From: Chloroflexota bacterium
Lineage (GTDB): Bacteria > Chloroflexota > Dehalococcoidia > Lucifugimonadales > UBA3495
Reading direction: 5' to 3'
Length of the DNA: 64,000 nucleotides
Assembly (NCBI GenBank): GCA_027623675.1
Contig: JAQBVF010000019.1
Coordinates: forward strand, 1 to 64,000
The notes below the pieces were generated by a model. The model was not told the DNA's origin and did not search any database. It saw nothing but the letters and a program-made list of their open reading frames with translations. Positions 30,600-40,974 of the stretch are shown piece by piece (positions within the stretch are counted from its first letter, which is position 1; the number at the start of each line of letters is the position of its first letter). The position numbers and the translations under genes are program-made.

Positions 30600-31079
30600 A
30601 TGAAGGCGTTGATCCAACGGGTAACCAAAGCGTCGGTTGCCGTCGATAACGAAATCGCCGGAACGATTGGCCTCGGTCTCGTGATTCTGCTGGGCGTTGC
30701 CAAAGAAGACGAAGAGGCCGATGCCCAATACCTGACCGGGAAGATAATAAATCTGCGGATTTTCGGTGACGATCAAGGCCGTTTCAACCTCTCCGCCCTG
30801 GACATTGGGGCGGAGATCTTAGTTGTGAGCCAGTTCACCCTCTACGCGGACACCCGTAAGGGACGGCGTCCCGACTTCAACCAGGCGGCGGGGCCGGAGG
30901 ACGCCAAGCGGCTCTACGAACACACGGTTCGGCTGTTCCGCGATGCCGGGTTAACAGTAGCCACGGGCAGGTTCCAAGAGCACATGAAGGTGGAATTGGA
31001 GAACGACGGCCCGGTGACCATCATGCTGGACAGCGCCGACCGGCAGCGCCCCCGTCGTCCTTCGACCAGCTCAGGATGA
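30600..31079 (+). CDS. dtd: D-aminoacyl-tRNA deacylase
   Basis: MKALIQRV, SQFTL, NDGPVT. Confidence 0.95.
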   Translation: MKALIQRVTKASVAVDNEIAGTIGLGLVILLGVAKEDEEADAQYLTGKIINLRIFGDDQGRFNLSALDIGAEILVVSQFTLYADTRKGRRPDFNQAAGPEDAKRLYEHTVRLFRDAGLTVATGRFQEHMKVELENDGPVTIMLDSADRQRPRRPSTSSG

Positions 31080-31083
31080 GCGG
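31057..31083 (+). repeat. REP-like family A copy overlapping the dtd stop
   Basis: GTCCTTCGACCAGCTCAGGATGAGCGG. Confidence 0.8.
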
Positions 31084-31146
31084 TAAACTCACCGCAGTAA
31101 ACTCACCGCAGTAAACTCACCGCGGTAAAGTCACCGCGGTAAAGTC
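31083..31146. repeat. 14-bp tandem repeat, about 4.5 copies
   Basis: GTAAA(C/G)TCACCGC(A/G) units. Confidence 0.9.
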
Positions 31147-31216
31147 GATTTTGTCGGCTGATGGTGGGCTGGTCGGACCACACGTGTCAGGTTGATTCGA
31201 GCATTCAACTAACCCG

Positions 31217-31747
31217 CTACCTGAACCAGCCCATGCCGTGGAAGAAGCCCCTCAGATAGGCAATCTGCCCGCCGTGGGCCACGGTATCCCAGACCATCTG
31301 TCCCATGCACACCGCCACCGTGCGCGGCTCGGCGACCGGGCCCATGACGATCTTCCGCTCCAGTTCCTCATCGGTGATGCCGGCCAGGAAGTTCCGGCAG
31401 TGGTCCTTCACCGCTTCGTAGTAGCCCAGTTGCACATCTTTGGACGGCGGCTGCCATTGGGCAACCTGGGCCGAATTCCAACCCACTCCCCGGTCCTCTT
31501 CATCGGCGGGCATGCCAAACTTCTCGTGCCAGCCCTCGGACACCCACGCCTGGGTCGAGTCGCGCAGGCGGGTGTGGATGAACATGTCGGTCACCCGGGT
31601 CAGGTGCCACAGTATCCAGGCCACGGAGTTGCATTGGTCGGTTGGCTGGCGCGACAACTGGGCTTCGTCCAGACCCTCCAACGCCCCGTCAATCATCTCC
31701 CAATTACGTTCCATCGCCAGGGATACCGGGTCAACTGGGCTAGCCAT
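31217..31747 (-). CDS. DinB family protein
   Basis: NSVAWILWH, HGGQIAYLRG. Confidence 0.88.
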   Translation of the reverse strand: MASPVDPVSLAMERNWEMIDGALEGLDEAQLSRQPTDQCNSVAWILWHLTRVTDMFIHTRLRDSTQAWVSEGWHEKFGMPADEEDRGVGWNSAQVAQWQPPSKDVQLGYYEAVKDHCRNFLAGITDEELERKIVMGPVAEPRTVAVCMGQMVWDTVAHGGQIAYLRGFFHGMGWFR

Positions 31748-31803
31748 GGGTTCCTCGCTTTGCGCAGCCATCATTGCCGCGATGAAAATCTCTTGATGAT
31801 TCC

Positions 31804-32658
31804 CTAGTGGATCTCCAGGTCGAGGCTGATGTCCAAGGCGTTCACCGAGTGGGTTAGCCCCCCGATCGAGATCAGGTCCACGCCGGTCTCGGCCACCGCC
31901 CGAACGGTGTCGTAGGTGATGCCTCCCGAGGCTTCCACGACCGCCCGATCGCCGATGACCTTCATGGCCTCCGCCATCTCGGGCACCGACATGTTGTCCA
32001 GCATTATGATGTGGGCGCCGGCCTCAAGGGCTTCTTGCACCTGGTCCATGGTTTCCACCTCCACCTCCACCTTGATGGTGTGGGAAGCGCGGGCCAAGGC
32101 GAGTTTGATCACGTCTTTCAGGCCCATCTCACGAAAGCGGTTGGCCTGGATGTGGTTGTCCTTGATCAGGATGCCGTCGGCCAGGTTCAGGCGGTGGTTG
32201 TGGCCGCCGCCCATGCGCACCGAGTATTTGTCCAGGTAGCGGTGGCCGGGAACGGTCTTGCGGGTGTCCACGATCCTGGCCTTCAAGCCCTGGACCGCCT
32301 GCACGTATCGGTTGGTGTCGCTGGCGATACCGCTCATCCGTTGCATGAAGTTGAGCGCTATCCGCTCCGCCCGCAGTATGCCCGCCGCCGAACCGCGGAC
32401 CACGGCGATGTCATCCCCGGGGGATAGCGGTGCGCCGTCTTGGAGTATCGCTTTGGCGTCCAATGTGGAATCCACCCGCAGGAACACTGCAATGGCCACG
32501 TCCACCCCGGCCAGCACGCCGTGGGCCTTGGCACGCAACATGCCCGTGCCCTGAATCTCGGGTGGGACCACCGCCTGGGTGGTGGGGTCGTTGAAGGTCT
32601 GGTCCTCGGCGACCGCTGCATCGATCAACGCAAATACGTCTGGGGGAAACTGGCTCAT
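31804..32658 (-). CDS. nadC: nicotinate-nucleotide diphosphorylase (carboxylating)
   Basis: DTRKT, LIKDNH, EVEVE, MLDNM, EASGG. Confidence 0.96.
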   Translation of the reverse strand: MSQFPPDVFALIDAAVAEDQTFNDPTTQAVVPPEIQGTGMLRAKAHGVLAGVDVAIAVFLRVDSTLDAKAILQDGAPLSPGDDIAVVRGSAAGILRAERIALNFMQRMSGIASDTNRYVQAVQGLKARIVDTRKTVPGHRYLDKYSVRMGGGHNHRLNLADGILIKDNHIQANRFREMGLKDVIKLALARASHTIKVEVEVETMDQVQEALEAGAHIIMLDNMSVPEMAEAMKVIGDRAVVEASGGITYDTVRAVAETGVDLISIGGLTHSVNALDISLDLEIH

Positions 32659-32673
32659 GGAGACCCTTCTTCT

Positions 32674-32722
32674 GAGAAAATCGCCTAAGAAAATCGCCTA
32701 AGAAAATCAACTAAGAAAATCG
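32674..32722. repeat. 13-bp tandem repeat, about 4 copies
   Basis: AGAAAATCGCCTA-type units. Confidence 0.85.
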
Positions 32723-32932
32723 GCTGGGGGCACCAGCTCGTCACGGACCGGGTGGTTCAGGCGCAATTGTACCGCAACCCGGAAAGAGGGGCCATAACCC
32801 ACGTAGTGGGACCGCAGAGGAAAGGACGCCGAGAATCATGGCGCCAGCTCAGGGATGGGAAACGCGGTGAGAAGAACCCAAGGCGATTGAAATCTGATCA
32901 ACCATGGAACTCGGCTGTGCCGGCCGCGCCGG

Positions 32933-34138
32933 TTACTTCAGGGCTAGCATCCGGTCCAGAGCGATCCGGGAGTCCCGTTTGATATCGTCTGGGACGGTGA
33001 TCTGGTTGTGGACCGTGCCTTCCAGCAGCCCGTCCAGCATCCATAGCACGTAGGCCGGGTGGATACGGTACATGGTGGAGCAGGGGCAGGTGACCGGGTC
33101 CAGGCAGAAGACCGTCTTGTCCGGGTTGTTGATGGCCAGGCGGTTGACCAGGCTGACCTCGGTCCCGATTCCCCATTTGCTGCCGGCGGGGGCCGAGTTG
33201 ACCTTTTCGCGGATGAACTCGGTTGACCCGACCCAGTCGGCCGCCTGAACGGTTTCCATGGGGCATTCGGGATGGACCAGGATGTTGATGTCGGGGTGAA
33301 GGGCCCGCGCCGCTTCGATCTGGCCCACGGTGAACCGGGTGTGGACCGAGCAGTGGCCCTGCCACAGGACCATCTTGGACCGGCGGAGCTGCTCCGGAGT
33401 GTTGCCACCCAGTGGGCGGAACGGGTTCCAGACCACCATCTCGTCCAGGGGTATGCCCAGGTCCAGCGCCGTGTTGCGGCCCAGGTGTTGGTCGGGCAGG
33501 AACAAGACCCGCTCCGACCGCTCAAAGGCCCATTTAAGTACGGCCTTGGCGTTGGACGAGGTGCAGACGGTGCCGCCGTTCCGGCCGCAGAGGGCCTTGA
33601 TGCCGGCGATAGAGTTCATGTAGGTGACCGGCAGGATGCCGCCGGGGCCCAGTACCTGTTCCAGGTCCTCCCAGGCGTCTTCCACGTCATCCATGGGCGC
33701 CATGTCGGCCATGGAACAACCGGCGGTGATGTTGGGCAGAATCACCTTCTGATGGGGCGCGGCCAGGATGCAGGCGGTCTCGGCCATGAAATGCACGCCG
33801 CAGAAGATGATGTAGTCGGCTTCGGGACGGCTGGCCGCTTCCACGGACAGCAGGTAGGAGTCGCCCTGGAAGTCGGCGTACTTGATGACCTCTTCCCGCT
33901 GGTAGTGGTGGCCCAGGATGGTAACCGAACTGCCCAGCTTTTTGCGGGCTTCGCCGATGCGCAGGTCCAACTCATCAGCCGTGAGATGGAGATATTCCGT
34001 GGGAATATTCTGCCAACGAACATTGACAGACATCTCTTCGGCCAAGGGTTTGGACGGGAGTTCGTCTTCGGTTTTACAGAACGCCGAGTGCTCAAGCTCA
34101 GTGATGGGCACGCTAGGCCGGCGCCTTGAAACGGCCAT
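32933..34138 (-). CDS. nadA: quinolinate synthase
   Basis: LGHHYQ, FCGVHFMAET, AGCSMADM, HPEC, CPCSTM. Confidence 0.95.
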   Translation of the reverse strand: MAVSRRRPSVPITELEHSAFCKTEDELPSKPLAEEMSVNVRWQNIPTEYLHLTADELDLRIGEARKKLGSSVTILGHHYQREEVIKYADFQGDSYLLSVEAASRPEADYIIFCGVHFMAETACILAAPHQKVILPNITAGCSMADMAPMDDVEDAWEDLEQVLGPGGILPVTYMNSIAGIKALCGRNGGTVCTSSNAKAVLKWAFERSERVLFLPDQHLGRNTALDLGIPLDEMVVWNPFRPLGGNTPEQLRRSKMVLWQGHCSVHTRFTVGQIEAARALHPDINILVHPECPMETVQAADWVGSTEFIREKVNSAPAGSKWGIGTEVSLVNRLAINNPDKTVFCLDPVTCPCSTMYRIHPAYVLWMLDGLLEGTVHNQITVPDDIKRDSRIALDRMLALK

Positions 34139-35448
34139 TAGTTCTTGCCTCTGGGGTTTACCAATTTGGCTTCTACAGCCAGAGTACCTTGCAGGGACCA
34201 CGGGCTGGAACGCTCAATCTTCACTGTCACGAGTTGGCCTAGATAACACGCTTCATCCTCGAAGAACACCAGCTTGTGGGAGCGTGTGCGCCCCTGCCAT
34301 TTGCCTCGTTGGCGGCCCTCAACCAAGATCTCCTGGTAAGTGCCCACCAATCGGGCGTTAATCTCAGTCTGAACTTCCTCTTGCAAACGGTCAACCCTCT
34401 GGCGGCGGCTGGTCTTCTCGTCCTCCGAGAGGCCGTCGTCCATGGTCCGTGATGCGATGGTGCCTGGCCGGGTGGAATATGCCGCGCAGTGCACCTTGTC
34501 CAAGCGCAGTTCGCTTAGCAGGTCCAACGTCTGCTGGAACTGTTCTTCAGTCTCGCCGGGGAAGCCGACGATGATGTCGGTGTTGATGGCGACCCCAGGC
34601 ACGGTTTCCCGGATACGGCCCACCAATTCGATGTAATCGGCGCGGTGGTAATGACGCCGCATCTGGTCCAATACCTGGTCGTCGCCGGCCTGCACGGGCA
34701 GGTTTATGTGTTCGCAGACCTTGGGCAGGTCGGCCACGGCCTGGATTATGTCTTGTGTCATGAACTTGGGGTGGGACGTCAGGAAACGAATCCGCTCGAT
34801 GCCATCGATGTCATTCAGCCTGGCGAACAGGCCAGCCAATCCAGGATTCTCCGGCAGATCGTGACCGTAGGCGTCAACCGTTTGGCCCAGCAGGGTGACC
34901 TCTTTCACGCCCCTGGAGGCCAGTATCTCAACCTCTTCAGCGACTTCTTCCACCGGACGGCTAACCTGGCGGCCGCGGCGGTAAGGGATGATGCAGAAGG
35001 TGCACATCAGGTCGCAGCCGTGGATTATGGGCACGTGGCAACTGACGTCGGGCCTGGTGGGTGTCAGCGGGCCAACACAGCCCTCCCAGTCCACGCCCAG
35101 GCGGCCTCCCACCATCTCTAGCAGCGGCTCAAATTGCTGGGGCCGCATGAACACGTCAACGTAGGGGAACCGGCGGGCCAGGTCATCCGAATTGGGGCCA
35201 ACCATGCAGCCCATGAGCGCCACGATGCGCTCCGGCTGTTGCTTCTTAAGGGGGGCCATCCAGGCAAGGTTGCTGGCAACCTTGTCTTCCGCGCCCTGCC
35301 GCACCACGCAAGAGTTGAGCACGATGACATCAGCATCGGTGGCTTTCTCCACCGCCTGCAACCCCAACTGGTCGAAGGCGGCGCCCAACCGTTCTGAATC
35401 GGCGGTGTTCATCTGGCAGCCGATGGTCCAGAGATAGTAACTGTTCAT
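34138..35448 (-). CDS. miaB: tRNA-2-methylthio-N6-dimethylallyladenosine synthase
   Basis: GCQMN, radical-SAM CDLMCTFC, DIIVGFPGET, C-terminal TRAM. Confidence 0.95.
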   Translation of the reverse strand: MNSYYLWTIGCQMNTADSERLGAAFDQLGLQAVEKATDADVIVLNSCVVRQGAEDKVASNLAWMAPLKKQQPERIVALMGCMVGPNSDDLARRFPYVDVFMRPQQFEPLLEMVGGRLGVDWEGCVGPLTPTRPDVSCHVPIIHGCDLMCTFCIIPYRRGRQVSRPVEEVAEEVEILASRGVKEVTLLGQTVDAYGHDLPENPGLAGLFARLNDIDGIERIRFLTSHPKFMTQDIIQAVADLPKVCEHINLPVQAGDDQVLDQMRRHYHRADYIELVGRIRETVPGVAINTDIIVGFPGETEEQFQQTLDLLSELRLDKVHCAAYSTRPGTIASRTMDDGLSEDEKTSRRQRVDRLQEEVQTEINARLVGTYQEILVEGRQRGKWQGRTRSHKLVFFEDEACYLGQLVTVKIERSSPWSLQGTLAVEAKLVNPRGKN

Positions 35449-35611
35449 TTAAAAAGCTTGATGTAAGAAGCTTGATGCACGTTCTTAGGGAGGCTGCTAT
35501 TGATTGAAATGATCTAGGTGCGGCGCTGGGTCTGGGTGGCGCCGCCTCACGGTCGGGACGGCCGAATCGCTAATCAGTTTCCGTTTTAGCGACGATTTAT
35601 CGCCAAAATAA

Positions 35612-35704
35612 TGGCGGAGGGAATGGGATTCGAACCCATGAACCCGCTTTTGACGGGTTAAGCGCTTAGCAGGCGCCCGCACTAGGCCTCTATGCGATCC
35701 CTCC
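35612..35704 (-). tRNA. tRNA-Ser(GCT)
   Basis: GGAGGGA/TCCCTCC acceptor, GGCGC-CTGCTAA-GCGCT anticodon arm, long variable arm, GCCA end. Confidence 0.95.
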
Positions 35705-35943
35705 CCTGCGCACCTTGAATGGTATCAAATGGGTCAAAACCCATCAAGGCCCGAATGGGAACGGCCCAAGAGACTGGCCAAGGTCGACGAACTCGCCCGG
35801 TGGTCAGTGGTAATCACTCCGTCGCGAGGCTAGAGGGTGTGCCGCCCCGGGCATTGTTGACCTTAATTGATTAAATTGGGCATTTACCCGAAAATATGAT
35901 CGGTATACAGACATCCAGACCGGCAATCAGTACGATTTCGGTG

Positions 35944-35972
35944 TTGACACTCCTTGGAAGCGGTCATATGAT
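35944..35972 (+). promoter_or_regulatory. sigma70-type promoter upstream of the Lrp/AsnC gene
   Basis: TTGACA-17 nt-TATGAT. Confidence 0.7.
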
Positions 35973-36125
35973 TGGTTCAGAATCTCCGTTCCCTGCCAGG
36001 AACACCGGCAGATCCAACGGATTCAATAACAGTTTCGAGACATGGACCTCCTGACGGCCCCGGCCAGACAGACCGGTGCACGCAGCCGAACAGGCGGGCC
36101 TCAATCCACGGAGTGTGACACCCAG

Positions 36126-36566
36126 ATGGACGAACTAGATCGGAAGATAATTGCCCTGCTGCAGCTTGATGGCCGGGCATCCAACGCCAAGATTGCCCGC
36201 GAAGTGGGCGTTAGTGAAGGCACCGTGCGCCGCCGTCTGCGCCGCCTGGTCGTGGACGACGTGGTCAAGATCATCGCCGTGCCCAACCTGGAAAAACTGG
36301 GCTACGCGACAACCGCCTTGATCGGCCTGCAGACCGGACCGGGCAAGTCGGACTCGGTGGCGGAGGCCATCGCCAGCTTGGACGAGGCCCACTACGTGGC
36401 CATCACCACGGGCGCCTACGACGTTTTCATCTGGGCCGGGTTGGAGTCTGCCGAGGGCCTGGGTACGTTTCTCCGGTCCAAGGTCGGAGTCATTGACGGC
36501 GTGCAGCGCACCGAGACCTTCGTGAACCTTTCGATCAAGAAGCGGACCTACGGCCTGGTCCTCTAA
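36126..36566 (+). CDS. Lrp/AsnC family transcriptional regulator
   Basis: MDELDRKII...DGRASNAKIAREVGVSEGTVRRRL, TTGAYD. Confidence 0.94.
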   Translation: MDELDRKIIALLQLDGRASNAKIAREVGVSEGTVRRRLRRLVVDDVVKIIAVPNLEKLGYATTALIGLQTGPGKSDSVAEAIASLDEAHYVAITTGAYDVFIWAGLESAEGLGTFLRSKVGVIDGVQRTETFVNLSIKKRTYGLVL

Positions 36567-36595
36567 ACGCAAGCTTCCGCGATGATTTAGCCACG

Positions 36596-36626
36596 AAAAC
36601 CACCGTCAAACCAGCGGTGGTTTTTG
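36596..36626 (+). terminator. intrinsic terminator
   Basis: AAAACCACCG...CGGTGGTTTTT. Confidence 0.7.
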
Positions 36627-36813
36627 ATTTTCCGCGTTATCGGACACTGTTATCGGGCAGGTTTACCGCCCGGTATCTCATCTGCTCCCGCATTCTTGCA
36701 TTGGAACGGCGCTATGCTATAATTTGAGTGCCATTCGGCCAGACGCGTGCAGGCTCAAACCTTCGTTCCGGCACGCGCATCAGCCAATACTGAGTCAAGA
36801 GGAGCCCTTCACC

Positions 36814-37083
36814 ATGACCTACATCATCGCCGAACCTTGCGTGGGACTTAAGGATTCGGCTTGTGTCGATGTTTGCCCGGTTGACTGTATCTATACCCGC
36901 GACCAAGACGATATGTACTACATCAGCCCCGATGAGTGCATCGACTGCGCCGCTTGCGAGCCGGTCTGCCCGGTGACGGCCATCTTCGCCGAAGACGCGG
37001 TTCCCGCCCAGTGGCAGGAATATATCCAGAAGAACTACGACTATTTCAAGAACGTCGACCCTTCTGAACTCAAGCGCAAGTAA
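36814..37083 (+). CDS. ferredoxin (FdxA-type, two clusters)
   Basis: MTYIIAEPC...CVDVCPVDC...CIDCAACEPVCP. Confidence 0.94.
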   Translation: MTYIIAEPCVGLKDSACVDVCPVDCIYTRDQDDMYYISPDECIDCAACEPVCPVTAIFAEDAVPAQWQEYIQKNYDYFKNVDPSELKRK

Positions 37084-37401
37084 TAACCGACTCCGGTGGT
37101 GTCAGCCGGCGGCTCTGAATAACCCTCCCGGCTGATCACCCCCCAGAGTTAGCCTTGGGACCAGTAAAAGATAAAACCTTTAAAGGGTGATCCTTTAAAG
37201 GTTTTATATCGTCAGTCAGAGATGGCCCTCTGGCCCGGCGGAAATGCAGCCATACTGGTTTCCGGGCCATTTTGGATTCAAGATGGCCCGTGTCAGCGGT
37301 CTTGAATCAGATACGCAGGGATTCCCAAGCCAGATCCTCAGGCCAAGCGACCGGACCATTCCTGAGGTGTTTGTGCCATCAATGCAAGATAGGAGCCTCA
37401 T

Positions 37402-39678
37402 ATGAACGTCGACTCAACGCCTCAGTTCGTCGAAGAAGCCTACAAGAAGATGGAGCGCAACCTTGAGGTCGTCCGATCGCGGCTCAACCGGCCGCTGACC
37501 CTGGCCGAGAAACTGCTTCTCGGTCACCTAGACGATGCCCAGGGAGCCGAGCTTGAGCCCGGCGATAGCTACATCATGCTTAACCCCGACCGCGTCGCCC
37601 ACCAAGACGTGACTGGGCAGATGGCCATTCTGCAGTTCATGCAATCGGGCCGCAGCGAAGTCGCCGTCCCCACCACCGTCCACTGCGACCACTTGATCCA
37701 GGCCCGCGTCGGCGCGTCCTCCGACCTTCAAGACGCCCTCAACGAGAATAACGAGGTCTACCAATTCCTGGAGTCGTCTTGCCGCAAATACGGCATGGGC
37801 TTCTGGAAGCCCGGCTCGGGCATCATTCACCAGGTCGTTCTTGAGAACTACGCCTTCCCCGGCTGCCTGATCATCGGCACCGACTCCCACACTCCCAACG
37901 CCGGCGGCCTGGGCTCATTGGCCATCGGAGTTGGGGGGGCTGACGCCGCCGACGTGATGGCCGGCCTGCCCTGGGAGGTCAAATACCCCACCCTGGTGGG
38001 CGTGCGCCTCACCGGCGAGCTCAGCGGCTGGACCGCCCCCAAAGACGTGATAATCTATCTGGCCGGCGTGCTGACCGTGTCCGGCGGCACCAACGCCATC
38101 ATTGAATACTTCGGCCCTGGCGTGAATTCCATCAGCTGTACCGGCAAGGCAACCATCACCAATATGGGCGCCGAATTGGGCGCCACCGGCGACGTCTTCC
38201 CCTTCGACGAGCGCATGGCCACCTATCTGAAGGCGACCCGCCGCCCCGAACTGGCCGAGCTGGCCGAGAAGTACAAGCACCTGCTCACGGCCGACCCCGA
38301 GGTGGAGAAGGACCCGGCCCAGTACTACGACCGCATCGTGGAGATCAACCTCTCTGAGCTGGAGCCCCAGATCACCGGGCCCCACTCGCCCGACCGCGCC
38401 CGGCCCATCTCCGCTCTGGCCAAAGAGGCCAAGGAAGAGGGCTTCCCCGACAAGGTTAGCGCGGCCCTGGTCGGCAGTTGCACCAACTCGTCCTACGAAG
38501 ACATGACCCGCTGCGCCGACATCGCCCGCCAGGCCACCGAGCACGGTCTCCACGCCGCTGCCGAATTCATGATCACTCCCGGCTCGGAGCAGGTCCGGGC
38601 GACCATCTCCCGCGATGGCCAACAGTCAGCCTTGGAGGCCATCGGCGGCATGGTGCTGGCCAACGCCTGTGGGCCTTGCATCGGTCAGTGGCGGCGCGAC
38701 CAGATGCCGGAGGGCGAAGCCAACTCCATCATCACGTCATACAACCGCAACTTCCCCAAGCGCAACGACGCCAACTCGGGCACCTTGAATTTCATAACCA
38801 GTCCCGAATTGGCCGTGGCCATGGGCTTGGGCGGAAGACTGAGCTTCAACCCCCTGACCGACACCCTCACCGGCGCCGACGGCAAGGAATTCAAACTGAA
38901 CGCGCCCGGCCCCGCTCCGGAGGTTCCCGCCAACGGGTTCGACCCCGGCGCCGACCGCTACGTAGCGCCCCCCGAGGACGGCAGCGGCATCGACATTTCC
39001 GTGAATCCCGACAGCAACCGGCTGCAGGTACTGGAACCGTGGCCGGCATGGGACGGCAAAGACTTCACCGACATGCCCGTGCTGCTCAAGGCATCGGGCA
39101 AATGCACCACCGACCACATATCTCCGGCCGGGGCCTGGCTCCGCTTCCGGGGACACCTGGACAACCTGAGCGACAACATGTTCTTGGGGGCGGTTAACTC
39201 GTTCACCGACGAGCCTGGCACGGGCAAGAACCAACTCTCCGGCGAGCAGGTCCAACCCATCCCCGAGATCGCCCGGGAATACAAGGCGAAGGGCATTCCG
39301 TGGATCGCCATCGGCGACGGCAACTACGGAGAGGGCAGCAGCCGCGAGCACGCCGCCATGTCGCCACGGATGCTGGGCGCGGCAGCGGTGGTCACCCGCA
39401 GCTTCGCCAGGATCCACGAGGCCAACCTGAAGAAGCAGGGCATATTGCCCCTGACCTTCGAAGACCCCGGCGACTATGACCGGATCAGGGCCGACGACCG
39501 CATCAGCATCATCGGTCTGTCCAGTCTGACTCCGGGAGTGCCGCTGGTCTGCGTGGTAACCCACGAGGACGGCGAAGAGGAGCGCATCAACCTGCGCCAC
39601 ACCATGAACCTCGGTCAGATCAACTGGTTCAAAGCCGGCTCCGCCATGAACCACATGAAGAACATGGCTGCCAGCTAG
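37402..39678 (+). CDS. aconitate hydratase (mitochondrial-like type)
   Basis: HCDH, GTDSHT, GSCTNSS, NACGPCIG, TTDHIS, GEGSSREHAA. Confidence 0.95.
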   Translation: MNVDSTPQFVEEAYKKMERNLEVVRSRLNRPLTLAEKLLLGHLDDAQGAELEPGDSYIMLNPDRVAHQDVTGQMAILQFMQSGRSEVAVPTTVHCDHLIQARVGASSDLQDALNENNEVYQFLESSCRKYGMGFWKPGSGIIHQVVLENYAFPGCLIIGTDSHTPNAGGLGSLAIGVGGADAADVMAGLPWEVKYPTLVGVRLTGELSGWTAPKDVIIYLAGVLTVSGGTNAIIEYFGPGVNSISCTGKATITNMGAELGATGDVFPFDERMATYLKATRRPELAELAEKYKHLLTADPEVEKDPAQYYDRIVEINLSELEPQITGPHSPDRARPISALAKEAKEEGFPDKVSAALVGSCTNSSYEDMTRCADIARQATEHGLHAAAEFMITPGSEQVRATISRDGQQSALEAIGGMVLANACGPCIGQWRRDQMPEGEANSIITSYNRNFPKRNDANSGTLNFITSPELAVAMGLGGRLSFNPLTDTLTGADGKEFKLNAPGPAPEVPANGFDPGADRYVAPPEDGSGIDISVNPDSNRLQVLEPWPAWDGKDFTDMPVLLKASGKCTTDHISPAGAWLRFRGHLDNLSDNMFLGAVNSFTDEPGTGKNQLSGEQVQPIPEIAREYKAKGIPWIAIGDGNYGEGSSREHAAMSPRMLGAAAVVTRSFARIHEANLKKQGILPLTFEDPGDYDRIRADDRISIIGLSSLTPGVPLVCVVTHEDGEEERINLRHTMNLGQINWFKAGSAMNHMKNMAAS

Positions 39679-39712
39679 GGCTTAAAAAGTCACGGCATAA
39701 CGACTGGCAACG

Positions 39713-39750
39713 AAAAAGAGGCGTCCCTAATCAACGGGACGCCTCTTTTT
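39713..39750 (+). terminator. intrinsic terminator (bidirectional-type)
   Basis: AAAAAGAGGCGTCCC...GGGACGCCTCTTTTT; a similar hairpin lies at about 39969-40005. Confidence 0.85.
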
Positions 39751-39756
39751 GCATAC

Positions 39757-39860
39757 CCGCTCATCCTCAGCCCCGTCGAAGGACCGCATCTGTCAAGTTC
39801 ATCGCGGGGAGAGGGTTGGCTTGCCCCGAAAACGTGGTTCGACGGGCTCACCATGAGCGG
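39757..39860. repeat. inverted pair of REP-like family A; contains the empty IS110 target site (39840-39853)
   Basis: CCGCTCATCCTCAGCCCCGTCGAAGGAC ... GTGGTTCGACGGGCTCACCATGAGCGG. Confidence 0.85.
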
Positions 39861-40026
39861 GGTAGTACGCCATGGGCGGGTAAGACACCATTAGCGGGGT
39901 ATTACACAATGAGCGGACGCGGGTGTCGATTGTTAAGTCGAAGAGATATTGGGGGCTGGTTGGGCCAGAAAGGGCGTCCCGATTCAACTGGACGCCCTCT
40001 TTTTCATTACCGCTTAATTGGGCCGC

Positions 40027-40725
40027 TTACCCCAGGTCGTCGAGGCAGGCGTCGATGGGTTTGGCTAGGCAGGAGAAGATGGGGGTGTCCAGCAGGGTGA
40101 ACGGGCGGGCTTTCGACTCCCTCAGGTCCATCACCAGGTCTAGGAAGTTGGATGGGTCGTCGGTCTCGAAGCCCAGCACGAACTCCTGGTCGTCCAACCC
40201 GAAGGAGTAAGCCGTGCTGATCTTTACATCGGGGTATTTATGGCCAATGACGAAGTGCTCGTTCATCAGGGATTGCCGTTCTTCCTTGGGAAGTTGGTAC
40301 CAATCGTGAGTTTTAACGAAGGGATAGATGAACAGGTACTTCCGTCCGATGATGCGCATGGTCGAAGCGCCGGTGCCCTCCTGGCCCTCATGAACATGGT
40401 CGTCGATGTAGGGCGAGCGTCGGGTCATGGCCAGGTACGAATGGGGTGTGGTCAGGTACGGGGCCAGGTCGGTGTGGTTCAACCGCGCCATCAGTTCGTT
40501 GATGGCCTCCACCGACTCGCTCACCTTCCACAGCAGGAAGTCCACATCGCCCCGCGTGCCGACCAAGCTGTAGCTAGACATGGACACACGGTCGGAGAAT
40601 TCGCTCAGCACCTCCGCGAATTGGGCCTTGCTGTCCTGTCGGTCCTTGACCGACAAGCCGCGCCAAGCGGGGTCCACTTTGAAGAATGAGTACTTTACGA
40701 AATCTCGTCTGACTTGCTCTGTCAT
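40027..40725 (-). CDS. chlorite dismutase / coproheme decarboxylase family protein
   Basis: YPFVKTHDWY, MNEHFVIG, YSFGLDDQEF. Confidence 0.9.
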   Translation of the reverse strand: MTEQVRRDFVKYSFFKVDPAWRGLSVKDRQDSKAQFAEVLSEFSDRVSMSSYSLVGTRGDVDFLLWKVSESVEAINELMARLNHTDLAPYLTTPHSYLAMTRRSPYIDDHVHEGQEGTGASTMRIIGRKYLFIYPFVKTHDWYQLPKEERQSLMNEHFVIGHKYPDVKISTAYSFGLDDQEFVLGFETDDPSNFLDLVMDLRESKARPFTLLDTPIFSCLAKPIDACLDDLG

Positions 40726-40974
40726 GCAACCCTCTGCCACCGGGTGGCTGGGCGGGGGTTAGATTCTCCGGCCGCCCAAAAGAATAACGAATAGGGAACC
40801 TGTGGGTACCAAGAGCAATGATAGCAACGGCTAGCTGCCCGTGGCAACGTGATCCCCGGCGGAGCGAGGCGTGTCCCCGCAGACGTTGCTTTCCCATCTG
40901 GCGGTGCTACAATCTCCAAGTGCTCCCACCAGAGCAGAAATCGCCCGGACAACGGCAGTATTGAGGTTGTATAG

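Noticed and set aside
31083..32722. CRISPR arrays at the 14-bp and 13-bp repeats
   Set aside because: Units are contiguous with no spacers, and no cas genes are present.
32723..32932. ncRNA or small gene between nadA and nadC
   Set aside because: No recognisable motif, convincing structure or credible ORF.
35612..35704. tRNA-Sec
   Set aside because: The long variable arm fits, but the anticodon is GCT with a 7-bp acceptor stem, so it is tRNA-Ser.
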